Of a DNA stretch of 64,000 bases, positions 25,979-35,556 are shown piece after piece. The notes under the pieces are model-generated. The model made no database searches and had not been told where the DNA came from. It saw nothing but the letters and a program-made list of their open reading frames with translations. The DNA is taken from positions 229,152 through 293,151 of the forward strand of contig CAWDDT010000007.1 of assembly GCA_963801165.1 (NCBI GenBank). Reading direction: 5' to 3'. The stretch's first letter is position 1, and the number at the start of each line of letters is the position of its first letter. The stretch is from an uncultured bacterium (GTDB lineage: Bacteria; Actinomycetota; Acidimicrobiia; Spongiisociales; UBA5794). The translations under genes were made by a program, and so were the position numbers.

Positions 25979-27238
25979 ATGGATTCGATCAGAGTCGTTG
26001 GTGGCACGCCGCTCTCGGGGAAGATAACCGTACACGGAGCGAAGAACGCTGTGCTGAAGCACATGGTGGCGATGCTGCTCGCCCCCGGGACCTACCGCCT
26101 CGACAACGTTCCGGGGATCCTCGATGTCGACATCATGGGCGAGGTGCTCGACCATGTGGGAGCGAGATGCGTCCGTCGCGGCTCGGTCATCGAGGTCGAG
26201 GTACCGGAGACTCTGCGTCCGGAGGCTCCGCTCGATCTGGTCCGGCGGATGCGAGCATCGATACTGATCCTCGGTGCGTTGCTGGCACGGGTCGGGACCG
26301 CACATGTTGCTCTGCCGGGCGGCGACGATTTCGGATCCCGCCCCATCGGTATGCACATCGACGGTCTCGAGCAGATGGGTGCCGAGTTCGACCTCAAACA
26401 TGGTGTGCTCAACGCCACCGCCCCCGACGGTCTCCACGGCACCGAGATCTTTCTGGAGTTTCCCAGTGTCGGTGCCACCGAGAACCTGTTGTTTGCGGCC
26501 GTCCTCGCCAAAGGCACCACCATCATCGGGAACGCAGCGCGCGAGCCGGAGCTGGCTGATCTCGCCTCTTTCCTCAACGCCATGGGGGCCGACATCAGGG
26601 GCGCGGGAACCTCGACGATCGAGGTGGTAGGCGTCCCCGAGCTACATCCGGCGGACCACACGGCGGTTGTCGATCGGCTGGTGGCGGGTACGTACGCCCT
26701 AGCTGCGGTCGCTACCGGTGGTGACCTCGAGGTCGCCGGGTGCAACCCGGACTTTCTCCGCATGGAGCTGCGGAAGATGGAAGCCGCTGGATGCGAGGTC
26801 CACCGGGGCGACGACTGGTTCAAGGTCTCCGGACCGGATCGGGCCCGCGCCCAGGACATCGCCACTCTCCCCTATCCGGGCTTTCACACGGACATGCATC
26901 CGCAGATGGTCGCGTTCCTGGCAAGGGCTCGTGGCACCTCACTCATCACCGAGAACGTGTACGCCGCCCGCTTCCGTTACATCGGCGAGTTGAACCGGAT
27001 GGGAGCCGACATCCACGCCGACGGACAGCATCTGGTTGTGCGCGGAGTAGACGAGCTCAGCGGGTGCGAGGTCGACGGCTGCGATATTAGAGCGGCGGCC
27101 GCGTTGACCATTGCCGGCCTGTCGGCCGAAGGTGAGACCATCGTCCGCAATGCCGAGCACATCGATCGCGGCTATGACGGCTTTGTCGAAATGCTCGCCT
27201 CATTGGGTGCGGACATCGACCGTTCGGAGCGACCGTAG
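25979..27238 (+). CDS. murA: UDP-N-acetylglucosamine 1-carboxyvinyltransferase (Asp-type)
   Basis: GAKNA, RMRASI, LPGGDDFGSRP, PSVGATEN, NAAREPE, PYPGFHTD and HIDRGY. Start ATG 25979. Confidence 0.95.
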   Translation: MDSIRVVGGTPLSGKITVHGAKNAVLKHMVAMLLAPGTYRLDNVPGILDVDIMGEVLDHVGARCVRRGSVIEVEVPETLRPEAPLDLVRRMRASILILGALLARVGTAHVALPGGDDFGSRPIGMHIDGLEQMGAEFDLKHGVLNATAPDGLHGTEIFLEFPSVGATENLLFAAVLAKGTTIIGNAAREPELADLASFLNAMGADIRGAGTSTIEVVGVPELHPADHTAVVDRLVAGTYALAAVATGGDLEVAGCNPDFLRMELRKMEAAGCEVHRGDDWFKVSGPDRARAQDIATLPYPGFHTDMHPQMVAFLARARGTSLITENVYAARFRYIGELNRMGADIHADGQHLVVRGVDELSGCEVDGCDIRAAAALTIAGLSAEGETIVRNAEHIDRGYDGFVEMLASLGADIDRSERP

Positions 27239-27261
27239 CCCTTCTACTCGTCTTTGCGCTC

Positions 27262-28542
27262 ATGGCAGGCCAGCTGTCCGGCCCGCAATCAACCGTGTCC
27301 GTCTCCCGCCAGGTCGGTTCGGTCTCGCTGCAGGCCGCTGAGGGGACGAGCCTTGCCCTCGGTCGAGGGAGTTATGAGGGACGAATCGATATCACGCCGT
27401 CGTCGTCGGGGTTGGCCGCCGTCGAGGAGACGACGATCGACAGTTACCTACTCGGCATCGCAGAGGTCCCGTCGTCGTGGCCCGACGAGACGCTTGCAGC
27501 ACAGGCGGTTGCCGCCAGAACCTACCTCGCCTGGACTCTGGCACGGGGACGGACCAGCAACGGCGCGAGATACAACTACGACATCTGCGCCTCGCAGTAC
27601 TGTCAGGTCTACCGCGGCTCTGCCGGCGCCGCGGTCTCGTGGGCGGCAGCCGTCGCCAGGACGAGCGACGAAATCCTCACCTATGACGGGAGCCCGGCTC
27701 AGGCGCTGTACTCGGCAAGCGCCGGCTCGCGGACCAGGTCGAACCAGGACATCTGGGGCGGCACCGCCATCCCCTACCTGCAGGCGGTCGACTCGCCCGA
27801 GGCGGGCTACACGCCCTACTCGCGATGGGAGGTGTCGGTCAGCACGGATCAGTTCAAGAGGATCTTCGCAGCAGGCGGCTACCATCTGGGGGGACAGCTT
27901 GACGACGTCGTTCTGCGCAGCCCCGGCGAGGGCAACGGCCCGGAATACGTGGACGTATACAGCGAACTCGGCGTCACCTCGATCCCCGCAGGCGATTTCC
28001 GCTCCGTGTTCAATGCCCACGGACCGGAACTCTTCCCCGGCCTGCTTCCGGCAGCCCGTCCCGGCGGTGGCAGGTGGCAGCAGACGATCCTCTCGTACAC
28101 CTTCAGCGTCGACTACCAGGCTCCCCAATCACGCTACATCCGTTTCCTTCCGCCGGGTGAATTGGATACAGGAGGGACGCTCAAAGTCGTGGGCGAGGGG
28201 TGGGGCCACGCGGTGGGTATGAGCCAATGGGGTGCCATGGCGCTTGGATCGAATGGGGCGACGTACCGCCAGATTCTCGACCTCTATTACGGGCTGACCC
28301 CGACCGACGGCGCCAACTTGCTGCCGGAGACGGTCAGGGTCGGGCTCCTGGTCGAGCAGCCGACCATCACGATGAGCGCCGATGGACCGTTCACGCTCGA
28401 TGCTCCGGGGTTCGAGCCGGTGCGCCTATCCGGTGGCGACTACACGTTCTGGTGGACGGGCGACTCGCTGGTGGTTGTGGCCCGTGGCGCCGTGCCGACC
28501 GACTCGCCTCTGTTCCATCCACCTCGATTCATACCCACATAG
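27262..28542 (+). CDS. SpoIID/LytB domain peptidoglycan lytic transglycosylase
   Basis: YLLGIAEVPSSWP..LAAQAVAARTY, CQVYRG and GEGWGHAVGMSQWGA. Start codon uncertain. Confidence 0.88.
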   Translation: MAGQLSGPQSTVSVSRQVGSVSLQAAEGTSLALGRGSYEGRIDITPSSSGLAAVEETTIDSYLLGIAEVPSSWPDETLAAQAVAARTYLAWTLARGRTSNGARYNYDICASQYCQVYRGSAGAAVSWAAAVARTSDEILTYDGSPAQALYSASAGSRTRSNQDIWGGTAIPYLQAVDSPEAGYTPYSRWEVSVSTDQFKRIFAAGGYHLGGQLDDVVLRSPGEGNGPEYVDVYSELGVTSIPAGDFRSVFNAHGPELFPGLLPAARPGGGRWQQTILSYTFSVDYQAPQSRYIRFLPPGELDTGGTLKVVGEGWGHAVGMSQWGAMALGSNGATYRQILDLYYGLTPTDGANLLPETVRVGLLVEQPTITMSADGPFTLDAPGFEPVRLSGGDYTFWWTGDSLVVVARGAVPTDSPLFHPPRFIPT

Positions 28543-28609
28543 CAGGGACGGAGGAGACGGGCGATACCGGGCCCGTCATCTATCCTGAGAGGTCCGGAGA
28601 GAGGATGCC

Positions 28610-29266
28610 ATGCCGATAGCGGAGCTTGACATGATCGGGCGGGTCGCCCTCGCAGCGGTGCTCGGTGCTGCTCTCGGCGCCGAACGAGAGCACCAGCAGA
28701 AGACCGCCGGGCTGCGGACGCACACCCTGGTGGCGGCCGGGTCTGCGTTGTTTGCCGTTGCCGGGGCATCGTTCGCCGCTGGTTCCCCGGTTGCCGATCC
28801 CACCCGAATCGCGGCTCAGATCGTCACCGGGATCGGTTTCATAGGCGCCGGAGGAATGATCAGGAGCGGTTTCACGATCACGGGCATCACCACGGCGGCA
28901 ACACTGTGGTTTGCTGCGGCGCTCGGGGTGGCCGCAGGGTTCGGCTTCTACCTGCTCGCCCCCGCGGCGCTGCTGATCGCGCTGGCCTCCATGGTCGGGT
29001 TTGCCCCGGTCCGGAAGTACATGCGCCGGGGCGCCGTTCATCTCCTCGAAATCGAGTACCACGCCGGGCACGGCACTCTCACCCCTCTGTTCGAGACGTT
29101 GAATGCGGTCGGCGCGACGGTGGGCCGGCTCTCGATGTTGGAGAACGAGGGCGCGCGCAAGATGACGTGCGAGATCGTGGGGATCGGCTCCGAAGCCATG
29201 GACAGCATCGTGGCCTCGTTGCGGGCGCGCGACGAGGTGATCAAGGTCACGCCGTCACCTCCCTAG
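28610..29266 (+). CDS. MgtC/SapB family protein
   Basis: GAERE, AGLRTHTLV, DPTRIAAQIVTGIGFIGAG and GITTAATLW. Confidence 0.92.
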   Translation: MPIAELDMIGRVALAAVLGAALGAEREHQQKTAGLRTHTLVAAGSALFAVAGASFAAGSPVADPTRIAAQIVTGIGFIGAGGMIRSGFTITGITTAATLWFAAALGVAAGFGFYLLAPAALLIALASMVGFAPVRKYMRRGAVHLLEIEYHAGHGTLTPLFETLNAVGATVGRLSMLENEGARKMTCEIVGIGSEAMDSIVASLRARDEVIKVTPSPP

Positions 29267-29340
29267 AACCCCGGCGGAAGCGCGGGCCAGTCGGGGTACG
29301 ATGCATCCGCTTCGATCCGGGCAATGACTAGAGGTGAAGC

Positions 29341-30207
29341 ATGCTTTCCGCCGCCATCGAAACGGCGCTGATAGACATCCTGCATGAGCTCGAAGACCGG
29401 CAAGTCGACTACTGCGTCGGTGGCAGCGTCATGCTCGCGCTCAATGGGTTCGATGTAGCTGTTGGGGATATCGACATTGCCGTGCCCTCCACCGTGCGGG
29501 CGCTCGTAGACCCGATTTTCCCGGTACGCAACGAGAGGGAGAGAACCGAGCTGTGGCGATCGGACTGGTCATTTCGAACCGGGTGGGAGGTCGGTTCGCA
29601 ACGAGTAGCCGTTGATCTCATCGGCGGGTTGCGGGTGCTAGTCGACGGTGCGGAGGCCAGCTTCCCGGTCATGGCTGAGCGATGGGCGACGATTGGGGAC
29701 ATCGATGTCGCCGTTGCCCCGCTCCGGCATTGGTACCACCTGTACCGGATGCACCGGCCGGGGAAAGCGGCCATGATCGCCTCCCGTCTCAGCGACGCCG
29801 AGATAGTCGCCGGGGCACACGAGTTGGGTATCGGCGATTCTTTTTCCCCTACACTGATAGTGCGAATCGGGAATGAATCTCACCAGCAACGGATTGAAAC
29901 AGGCATGAGCACCGAGCAACAGAGTTCGATCATTGAAGTGGCCTCTCCCACCGACCACAAGTTCGATGAGGAGGGCGCTTCCGAGATCGACCTCGACCTA
30001 CTCAACGAGACCCTCGAATACATCAGGCCCGCCCTTCAGGCCGACGGTGGCGACCTCATATTGCTCGGGACAGAAGGCGGCAAGGTCGTTTTGCAGATGG
30101 TCGGCGCCTGTGGCGGATGCCCGCTCTCGACCATGACCCTCACCGCGGGAATCGAGCGCATTGTCCAAGACCGCGTCCCCGGAGTAACCGAGGTCGTGTC
30201 GGTCTGA
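29341..30207 (+). CDS. nucleotidyltransferase-fold protein in frame with a NifU/Nfu domain (possibly two genes)
   Basis: VGGSVML...DIDI motif in the N-terminal part; no stop codon before the Nfu domain. Confidence 0.55.
   Translation: MLSAAIETALIDILHELEDRQVDYCVGGSVMLALNGFDVAVGDIDIAVPSTVRALVDPIFPVRNERERTELWRSDWSFRTGWEVGSQRVAVDLIGGLRVLVDGAEASFPVMAERWATIGDIDVAVAPLRHWYHLYRMHRPGKAAMIASRLSDAEIVAGAHELGIGDSFSPTLIVRIGNESHQQRIETGMSTEQQSSIIEVASPTDHKFDEEGASEIDLDLLNETLEYIRPALQADGGDLILLGTEGGKVVLQMVGACGGCPLSTMTLTAGIERIVQDRVPGVTEVVSV
29905..30207 (+). CDS. NifU/NfuA-like Fe-S carrier domain protein (internal ATG start)
   Basis: IRPALQADGGD, GACGGCP CxxC motif and TLTAGIE. Confidence 0.85.
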   Translation: MSTEQQSSIIEVASPTDHKFDEEGASEIDLDLLNETLEYIRPALQADGGDLILLGTEGGKVVLQMVGACGGCPLSTMTLTAGIERIVQDRVPGVTEVVSV

Positions 30208-30284
30208 GCGCCGTCTTCGCTGGTGCCTCGGCTCCGCCGAACTCAGCAGGGGCTTACGCCGGCTGCGGCTAGGCTGCTGCGGCG

Positions 30285-31244
30285 ATGGCCCGCATCTCGG
30301 ATCCAGCGATCCTCCTTCCCAAAGCTCGCGACGGTGACCGCCGGTCGCTGGCACGATTGATCACCCTCCTGGAGGAGGACGATGCGGCCGGGATCGAGAT
30401 CCTCGAAGCTGTCTTTCCCGACGGGGGGCGTGCCTGGACGACCGGGCTCACCGGTGCGCCGGGTGCAGGAAAATCCACGATCACGGACCGTCTCATCGAT
30501 CTCATCAGAGAGACCGGGGACGAGGTTGCCGTAGTCGCAGTCGACCCCTCCAGTCCGTTCTCGGGAGGTGCCGTGCTCGGTGACCGGGTGCGGATGCAAG
30601 GTCACGTTGACGATCGCGGTGTGTACGTGCGGTCGATGGCGAGCCGTGGGCATCTCGGGGGCATCGCGGCGGCAACACCGCGGGTGGTGACATTGCTGGA
30701 CGGTCTCGGGTTCCCCGAAGTCGTCGTCGAGACCGTCGGGGTCGGCCAGGCGGAGGTCGAGATAGCCGGCAACGCCGATACCACCATCGTCGTGGTCAAC
30801 CCCGGCTGGGGCGACAGCGTTCAGGCCGCAAAGGCCGGGCTGCTCGAGATCGGGGACATCTTTGTAGTGAACAAAGCGGATCGGCCGGGCGTCCACGAGA
30901 CGATCCGGGACCTGACCCAGATGCTCGATCTGGGAGCGACAGAGGTCTGGGAGCCGCCGATCCTTCCCACGGTCGCGGCAACCGGCGACGGCATACCGGA
31001 GTTGTGGCGTGCGATCGCGGATCACCGGCGCCACCTCGAAGAGAGCGGGGGTCTCACGGAGATCCGCAGCAGACGTCTTGTGGCCGAGATGGAGTCTTAC
31101 CTGATGGGCGAGCTGAGGAAGCGCATCAGGCAAGCGATCTCGGAGGAGCAATGGGCGGAGCTGACGGCGCGGGTGGCGCAACGCGCCGTCGATCCGTGGA
31201 GTGCAGCCGCTCGGTTGCTACGGTCGGGAGTACCCTCCGATTAG
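30285..31244 (+). CDS. meaB: methylmalonyl-CoA mutase-associated GTPase MeaB/ArgK
   Basis: GLTGAPGAGKST, AVDPSSPFSGGAVLGDRVRM, VETVGVGQ and VNKAD. Confidence 0.93.
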   Translation: MARISDPAILLPKARDGDRRSLARLITLLEEDDAAGIEILEAVFPDGGRAWTTGLTGAPGAGKSTITDRLIDLIRETGDEVAVVAVDPSSPFSGGAVLGDRVRMQGHVDDRGVYVRSMASRGHLGGIAAATPRVVTLLDGLGFPEVVVETVGVGQAEVEIAGNADTTIVVVNPGWGDSVQAAKAGLLEIGDIFVVNKADRPGVHETIRDLTQMLDLGATEVWEPPILPTVAATGDGIPELWRAIADHRRHLEESGGLTEIRSRRLVAEMESYLMGELRKRIRQAISEEQWAELTARVAQRAVDPWSAAARLLRSGVPSD

Positions 31245-31263
31245 TTGTGGAAAGAGAAGGCCG

Positions 31264-31309
31264 TTCTAGCGTCGGAAACCGGAACATATTCCGGCTTCCG
31301 ACGCCAGAA
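31264..31309. repeat. 21-bp imperfect inverted repeat
   Basis: TTCTAGCGTCGGAAACCGGAA-CATA-TTCCGGCTTCCGACGCCAGAA, 2 mismatches. Confidence 0.75.
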
Positions 31310-31327
31310 GCCGGAAGGAAGGTGGAT

Positions 31328-32095
31328 ATGGGTCTGGTCGAGTACACAGTGCATGGCGCCGTTGCCGAGATAGTGATGGATCGGCCCCCGGTCAACGCAT
31401 TGAGCAGCGAGCTGATCTCGGACATCGATGATGCGGTAGCCGAGGCCTCGAATCCGGCGATCCGAGCAGTGGTCATCCATGGGAAGAAGCACTTTGCCGC
31501 AGGGGCCGACATCACGCGGTTTGCCGAAGCCCTCGACAGCGACGAGCCGGAACCGCAGGCCTCAGGGCTGAGCGCCGTGATCCTCCACTTCGAATCGCTC
31601 GAGAAACCCACGATCGCCGCGATTTCCGGCTACGCCCTCGGGGGAGGCTTGGAGCTGGCGATGGGTGCCGACTTCCGGTACATGGCCGCCGACGCCAAAG
31701 TCGGACAGCCCGAGATCCTGCTCGGGATCATTCCCGGTGCCGGCGGGACACAGCGGCTGCCACGGATCGCAGGTTTCCGCGTAGCAAAGGAGATGTGCTT
31801 CAGCGGAAGGCACATCACCGCGGACGAGGCGCTGAGAGTGCATCTGGCGGACAAGGTGATCGAGCCGGAAACACTCATCGAGACCGCACTCGAGGACGCC
31901 GCCAGATGGGCGGAGGGTCCCACCCGCGCCTATTGGGCCGTCAAGAAGGCCATGTCAGACGGTAACGGTCTGGCTCTCGAATCTGCGGTCGGTGTGGAGC
32001 GGGCTGCCTTCGAGGAGGTGTTCCAGACCGCCGATGCCCGTGCCGGAATCATGGCGTTTGTCAATAAGCAGCAAGCGGAGTTCAGCGGGCAATAG
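31328..32095 (+). CDS. enoyl-CoA hydratase/isomerase family protein
   Basis: RPPVNALS, FAAGADI, ALGGGLELA and GQPEILLGIIPGAGGTQRL. Start ATG 31328. Confidence 0.92.
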   Translation: MGLVEYTVHGAVAEIVMDRPPVNALSSELISDIDDAVAEASNPAIRAVVIHGKKHFAAGADITRFAEALDSDEPEPQASGLSAVILHFESLEKPTIAAISGYALGGGLELAMGADFRYMAADAKVGQPEILLGIIPGAGGTQRLPRIAGFRVAKEMCFSGRHITADEALRVHLADKVIEPETLIETALEDAARWAEGPTRAYWAVKKAMSDGNGLALESAVGVERAAFEEVFQTADARAGIMAFVNKQQAEFSGQ

Positions 32096-32119
32096 CGCGA
32101 TCGCGGGTAACGTCGGCAG

Positions 32120-33265
32120 GTGGAAGAGAGCAAGTTCGGCTACTGGCTGAGACGGCTGAGCGCGGTGGTCGCCATTGGTCTCGTAATCGGGCTGGTGATC
32201 GGCGCCTACCGGGGTTCCTCGGTCATCGCCGGGGAGTTGCTGACTCCGTCGGCCCGTGAACGCGGCCCGGAATCGTCTATCGAGCTCGTCGGTGCGGGTC
32301 GCATCGCGTTTGCGCGGGACGATTCGACGGAGCGGCCGGGCATCTGGGGCGTGTCGAACGGCTCTGGTGCGTACGGCCAGATGTCTGCGGTGATCACGGA
32401 AGACGCCGAGACTATCGAACGGTCGTTCTTGACGATCACCGGCCGGTTCATCGCCGGGGAGATGGTTACCTTCGATGACTATGCCGCCGGGACCGATCCC
32501 ATGGAGGCGTACTCGATGGAGTACGACAACGTCCGTGTGCCTGGAGCGCTCGGTGTCAACCCGGCATGGCTGATCCGGGGAGACCGCGACACCTGGGTGA
32601 TCCTGATACACGGCGAAGGATTGGATGAGCGTGCGCAGACGCTGCGCATCCTCTCCACCATCGAAGAAGCGGGCTTCCCGGCGCTTGTCATCACGTATCG
32701 CAACGATTCGGCGGCGCCCGACGACGGCGGCTTTTACCGCTGGGGTCTCACGGAATGGCAGGACGTCGACGCGGCGCTCGCATTTGCTCGCACCCGGGGG
32801 GCGGAGAAGTTCGTTCTGTACGGGTTCGGGATGGGGGCCAACATCGCCATGATGGATCTTCACAAGTCCGACTCCACGGGCGACGTCCTCGGTGCGGTCC
32901 TCGACTCACCGGTGCTCGACCTCGGGGCGGTCGTCGACCGCATTGCTGCAGAGCGCGGCATCCCGGGAATCATCAGCAGCTCCGCCAAGGCGGTAGGTCG
33001 TCTCCGATTCGGGCTGGAGTGGTCGCAGCTCAATGAGCTGGACCGCGTCGACCAATTCGACGTGCCGATGCTGCTCATACAGGGTACCGAGGACGACACC
33101 GCGCCCGTTGCCGACGCCGACGCCTTTGCGGCCGCGCTGCCGGACCTGGTGACCTACGAGAAGTTCGCCGGCGCCGGTCGTACCGAGGCGTGGAATACCG
33201 ACGCCGAGCGGTATAAGCAGGTTGTGACGGACTTCCTGGCAACGGTTTCCGCCGACGCCCCATGA
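32120..33265 (+). CDS. membrane-anchored alpha/beta hydrolase-fold protein
   Basis: N-terminal TM segment, ILIHG, YRND, GFGMGA (usual nucleophile Ser is Gly) and QGTEDD. Confidence 0.75.
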   Translation: MEESKFGYWLRRLSAVVAIGLVIGLVIGAYRGSSVIAGELLTPSARERGPESSIELVGAGRIAFARDDSTERPGIWGVSNGSGAYGQMSAVITEDAETIERSFLTITGRFIAGEMVTFDDYAAGTDPMEAYSMEYDNVRVPGALGVNPAWLIRGDRDTWVILIHGEGLDERAQTLRILSTIEEAGFPALVITYRNDSAAPDDGGFYRWGLTEWQDVDAALAFARTRGAEKFVLYGFGMGANIAMMDLHKSDSTGDVLGAVLDSPVLDLGAVVDRIAAERGIPGIISSSAKAVGRLRFGLEWSQLNELDRVDQFDVPMLLIQGTEDDTAPVADADAFAAALPDLVTYEKFAGAGRTEAWNTDAERYKQVVTDFLATVSADAP

Positions 33266-33334
33266 CCCGCACGGGTCTACGTGGGCGCAGCGAAGCCGGG
33301 CGAGGGACGCGGAGCCGTGGATCGAGGTTCGGGC

Positions 33335-34360
33335 TCAGCGGAGGTTGGGAACGATCACCGTGCGCACTACATCGCCGAACCGTTCGAGCTCGTCCATGGC
33401 CGTGTTCACCGCATCGGCATCGAGCGGCACCCGCTGTTGGACAACGCCCGTGAGGTCCAGCCTGCCGGTGGCGGCCAGTTCGAGCAGCTCCACGATCTCA
33501 GCAGCCGTGTGATCGGATGCTCCGATCAACTCCGATTCGCCGGTGACGAGGTCGGTGTACGGACCGACAGGTAGCTTGTCACTTGTCAGGCCGACGGCGA
33601 CGGCTCTACCCATCGGGGCGAGTGAGCGCAGGCACTGCTCCATGACGGTCGCAGAACCGACGAGATCGAGGGCGACGTCGACTCGACCCAACATCTGAAG
33701 CTGTCGAACGGGGTCTTCGCCGGCATCTATAGGGACCGCCTGCAACGCTGCCGCGGCATCCAGCTTGTGCGGGTTGATGTCGATGGCATACACGCGAGAT
33801 GCTCTTTCCACGCGGGCGAGCTGCACTGCCGACATACCCAGCCCGCCGATGCCGAAGATGGCGATCGACTCGCCGGGCGCCAATCGTCCCTTGCGGAGCG
33901 CGTGAAGAGCCGTTGCCGACGAGCACATCATCACGGCGGCGTGCTCCAGCGACACGGAGTCGGGCACGGCGATGACATTGCGATCGGGGACGACGATCTG
34001 CTCGGCATACCCGCCGGGACGGCCGTTGCCGATCATCGCACCGGCCCCGCAGAACTGCTCGAAGCCTTGCCGGCAGTAGTCGCAGCTCCCGCACCCCACC
34101 TGATAGTGGACACACACCCGGTCGCCGGGTGCGCAGAGGGTTACCTCGCTACCCACTTGTCTGACCACACCGGCGACCTCGTGGCCGAGCGTGAGTGGCA
34201 GGGGACCGACCTCCGGGAAACCGGCCCGGTAGTGCACGTCGGAGCGACAGATGCCTGCGGCGGCAACGTCGATCACCACATCGCGGCGGCCCGGGCCCGG
34301 GTCGGGTACTTCGCTGATCTGCAATGCCCGGCCGGGGGTGACGAGTTGTAGCGCACGCAT
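33335..34360 (-). CDS. zinc-binding (MDR) alcohol dehydrogenase family protein
   Basis: GICRSD, GHE, CGSCDYC...C structural Zn site and GIGGLG Rossmann motif. Confidence 0.92.
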   Translation of the reverse strand: MRALQLVTPGRALQISEVPDPGPGRRDVVIDVAAAGICRSDVHYRAGFPEVGPLPLTLGHEVAGVVRQVGSEVTLCAPGDRVCVHYQVGCGSCDYCRQGFEQFCGAGAMIGNGRPGGYAEQIVVPDRNVIAVPDSVSLEHAAVMMCSSATALHALRKGRLAPGESIAIFGIGGLGMSAVQLARVERASRVYAIDINPHKLDAAAALQAVPIDAGEDPVRQLQMLGRVDVALDLVGSATVMEQCLRSLAPMGRAVAVGLTSDKLPVGPYTDLVTGESELIGASDHTAAEIVELLELAATGRLDLTGVVQQRVPLDADAVNTAMDELERFGDVVRTVIVPNLR

Positions 34361-34419
34361 GATTCTCCGGGGTGATCGGCGCCGTCGAGCGTAGCCCGGT
34401 CTGCCAGACTGGTCTCCTC

Positions 34420-35556
34420 ATGCTGTACCTAGACCATGCTGCCACGACCCGGGTGCGCCCCGAGACGAGGGAGGCGATGGCCCCGTTCCTCGACGAGGTC
34501 TTCGGCAACCCGTCGGGGATCCACGGTGTGTCCCGCGCCGCCAAGAATGCCCTCGAGACGGCGCGGGAGGAGGCTGCTGATCTGCTGGGCGCTGCCCACC
34601 CACTCGACATCGTCTTCACCGGTGGCGGCACCGAGGCCGACAATCTGGCTGTGGTGGGCGGTGCGCTGGCGGGTGGCGCGCGGCGTGCGGTGGTGACCAC
34701 GGCGGTCGAGCACGAGGCCGTTCTGGAGTCGGTCGACTTTCTCGACCGTCTCGGCTGTCGGGTGACTCGCATCGGTGTCGACGGCTCCGGCAGGGTCGAC
34801 GCCTCAGATCTCGTTGCCCACGTCGACGGGGACACGGCGGTTGTATCCGTGATGGCCGCCAACAACGAGACCGGCGTGATGTTTCCTTTGCTGGAGATCG
34901 TAAATGCCGTCCACGCCGTCTCGCCTGCGACATTGGTGCACAGCGATGCCGTGCAAGCCTTCATCACGGACGAGGTGACGGTGGCCGCCACCGGGGCCGA
35001 CATGATCTCGATTGCCGGGCACAAGTTCGGAGGCCCCAAGGGGGTCGGGTTGCTCTACGTGCCCCGCAGCACGGCGCTGGAGCCGGTGCTCCACGGCGGC
35101 GGTCAGGAGTTGGGGCGTCGCTCCGGTACCCACAACGTTGCTGCCATCGTCGGGATGGTGGCGGCGATGAGGGCGACGGTGGCCGGGCGTGCCGAGACCC
35201 GGGACAGGGTCGCGTCGATCCGGGATGATTTCGAGCGTGAGCTGGCAGCGCTGCTCCCCGCCGTGAAGACCACGGGTACGGGCGGTCCCCGGCTCGTCCA
35301 GCACAGCCACTTCCGGATCCCCGGGATCAAAGCGGAGACGTTGCTCATCCGGCTCGATCAGGAGGGTGTAGCGGCGGCGGCGGGGTCGGCGTGCAGCAGT
35401 GGGGCGGTGACGGTGTCGCACGTCCTCAGTGCCATGGGGATGACCGAGACCGAGGCAGCGGAGTGCGTGCGTTTCACCTTCGGGTGGTCGAGTAGCCGCA
35501 CGGACGGATCGACTGCGGCAGCATTGGTCGCCAAGCTGGCGGGCGAGTTGGCATGA
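34420..35556 (+). CDS. iscS: cysteine desulfurase (IscS/NifS group I)
   Basis: YLDHAATT, GNPS, GGTEADN, HKFGGPKG and GSACSSG. Start ATG 34420. Confidence 0.92.
   Translation: MLYLDHAATTRVRPETREAMAPFLDEVFGNPSGIHGVSRAAKNALETAREEAADLLGAAHPLDIVFTGGGTEADNLAVVGGALAGGARRAVVTTAVEHEAVLESVDFLDRLGCRVTRIGVDGSGRVDASDLVAHVDGDTAVVSVMAANNETGVMFPLLEIVNAVHAVSPATLVHSDAVQAFITDEVTVAATGADMISIAGHKFGGPKGVGLLYVPRSTALEPVLHGGGQELGRRSGTHNVAAIVGMVAAMRATVAGRAETRDRVASIRDDFERELAALLPAVKTTGTGGPRLVQHSHFRIPGIKAETLLIRLDQEGVAAAAGSACSSGAVTVSHVLSAMGMTETEAAECVRFTFGWSSSRTDGSTAAALVAKLAGELA

Noticed and set aside
33335-34360. Zn-dependent dehydrogenase as the missing BMC alcohol dehydrogenase
   Set aside because: It lies about 11 kb away on the opposite strand, has no encapsulation-peptide-like extension, and BMC alcohol dehydrogenases are usually the Fe-type family.
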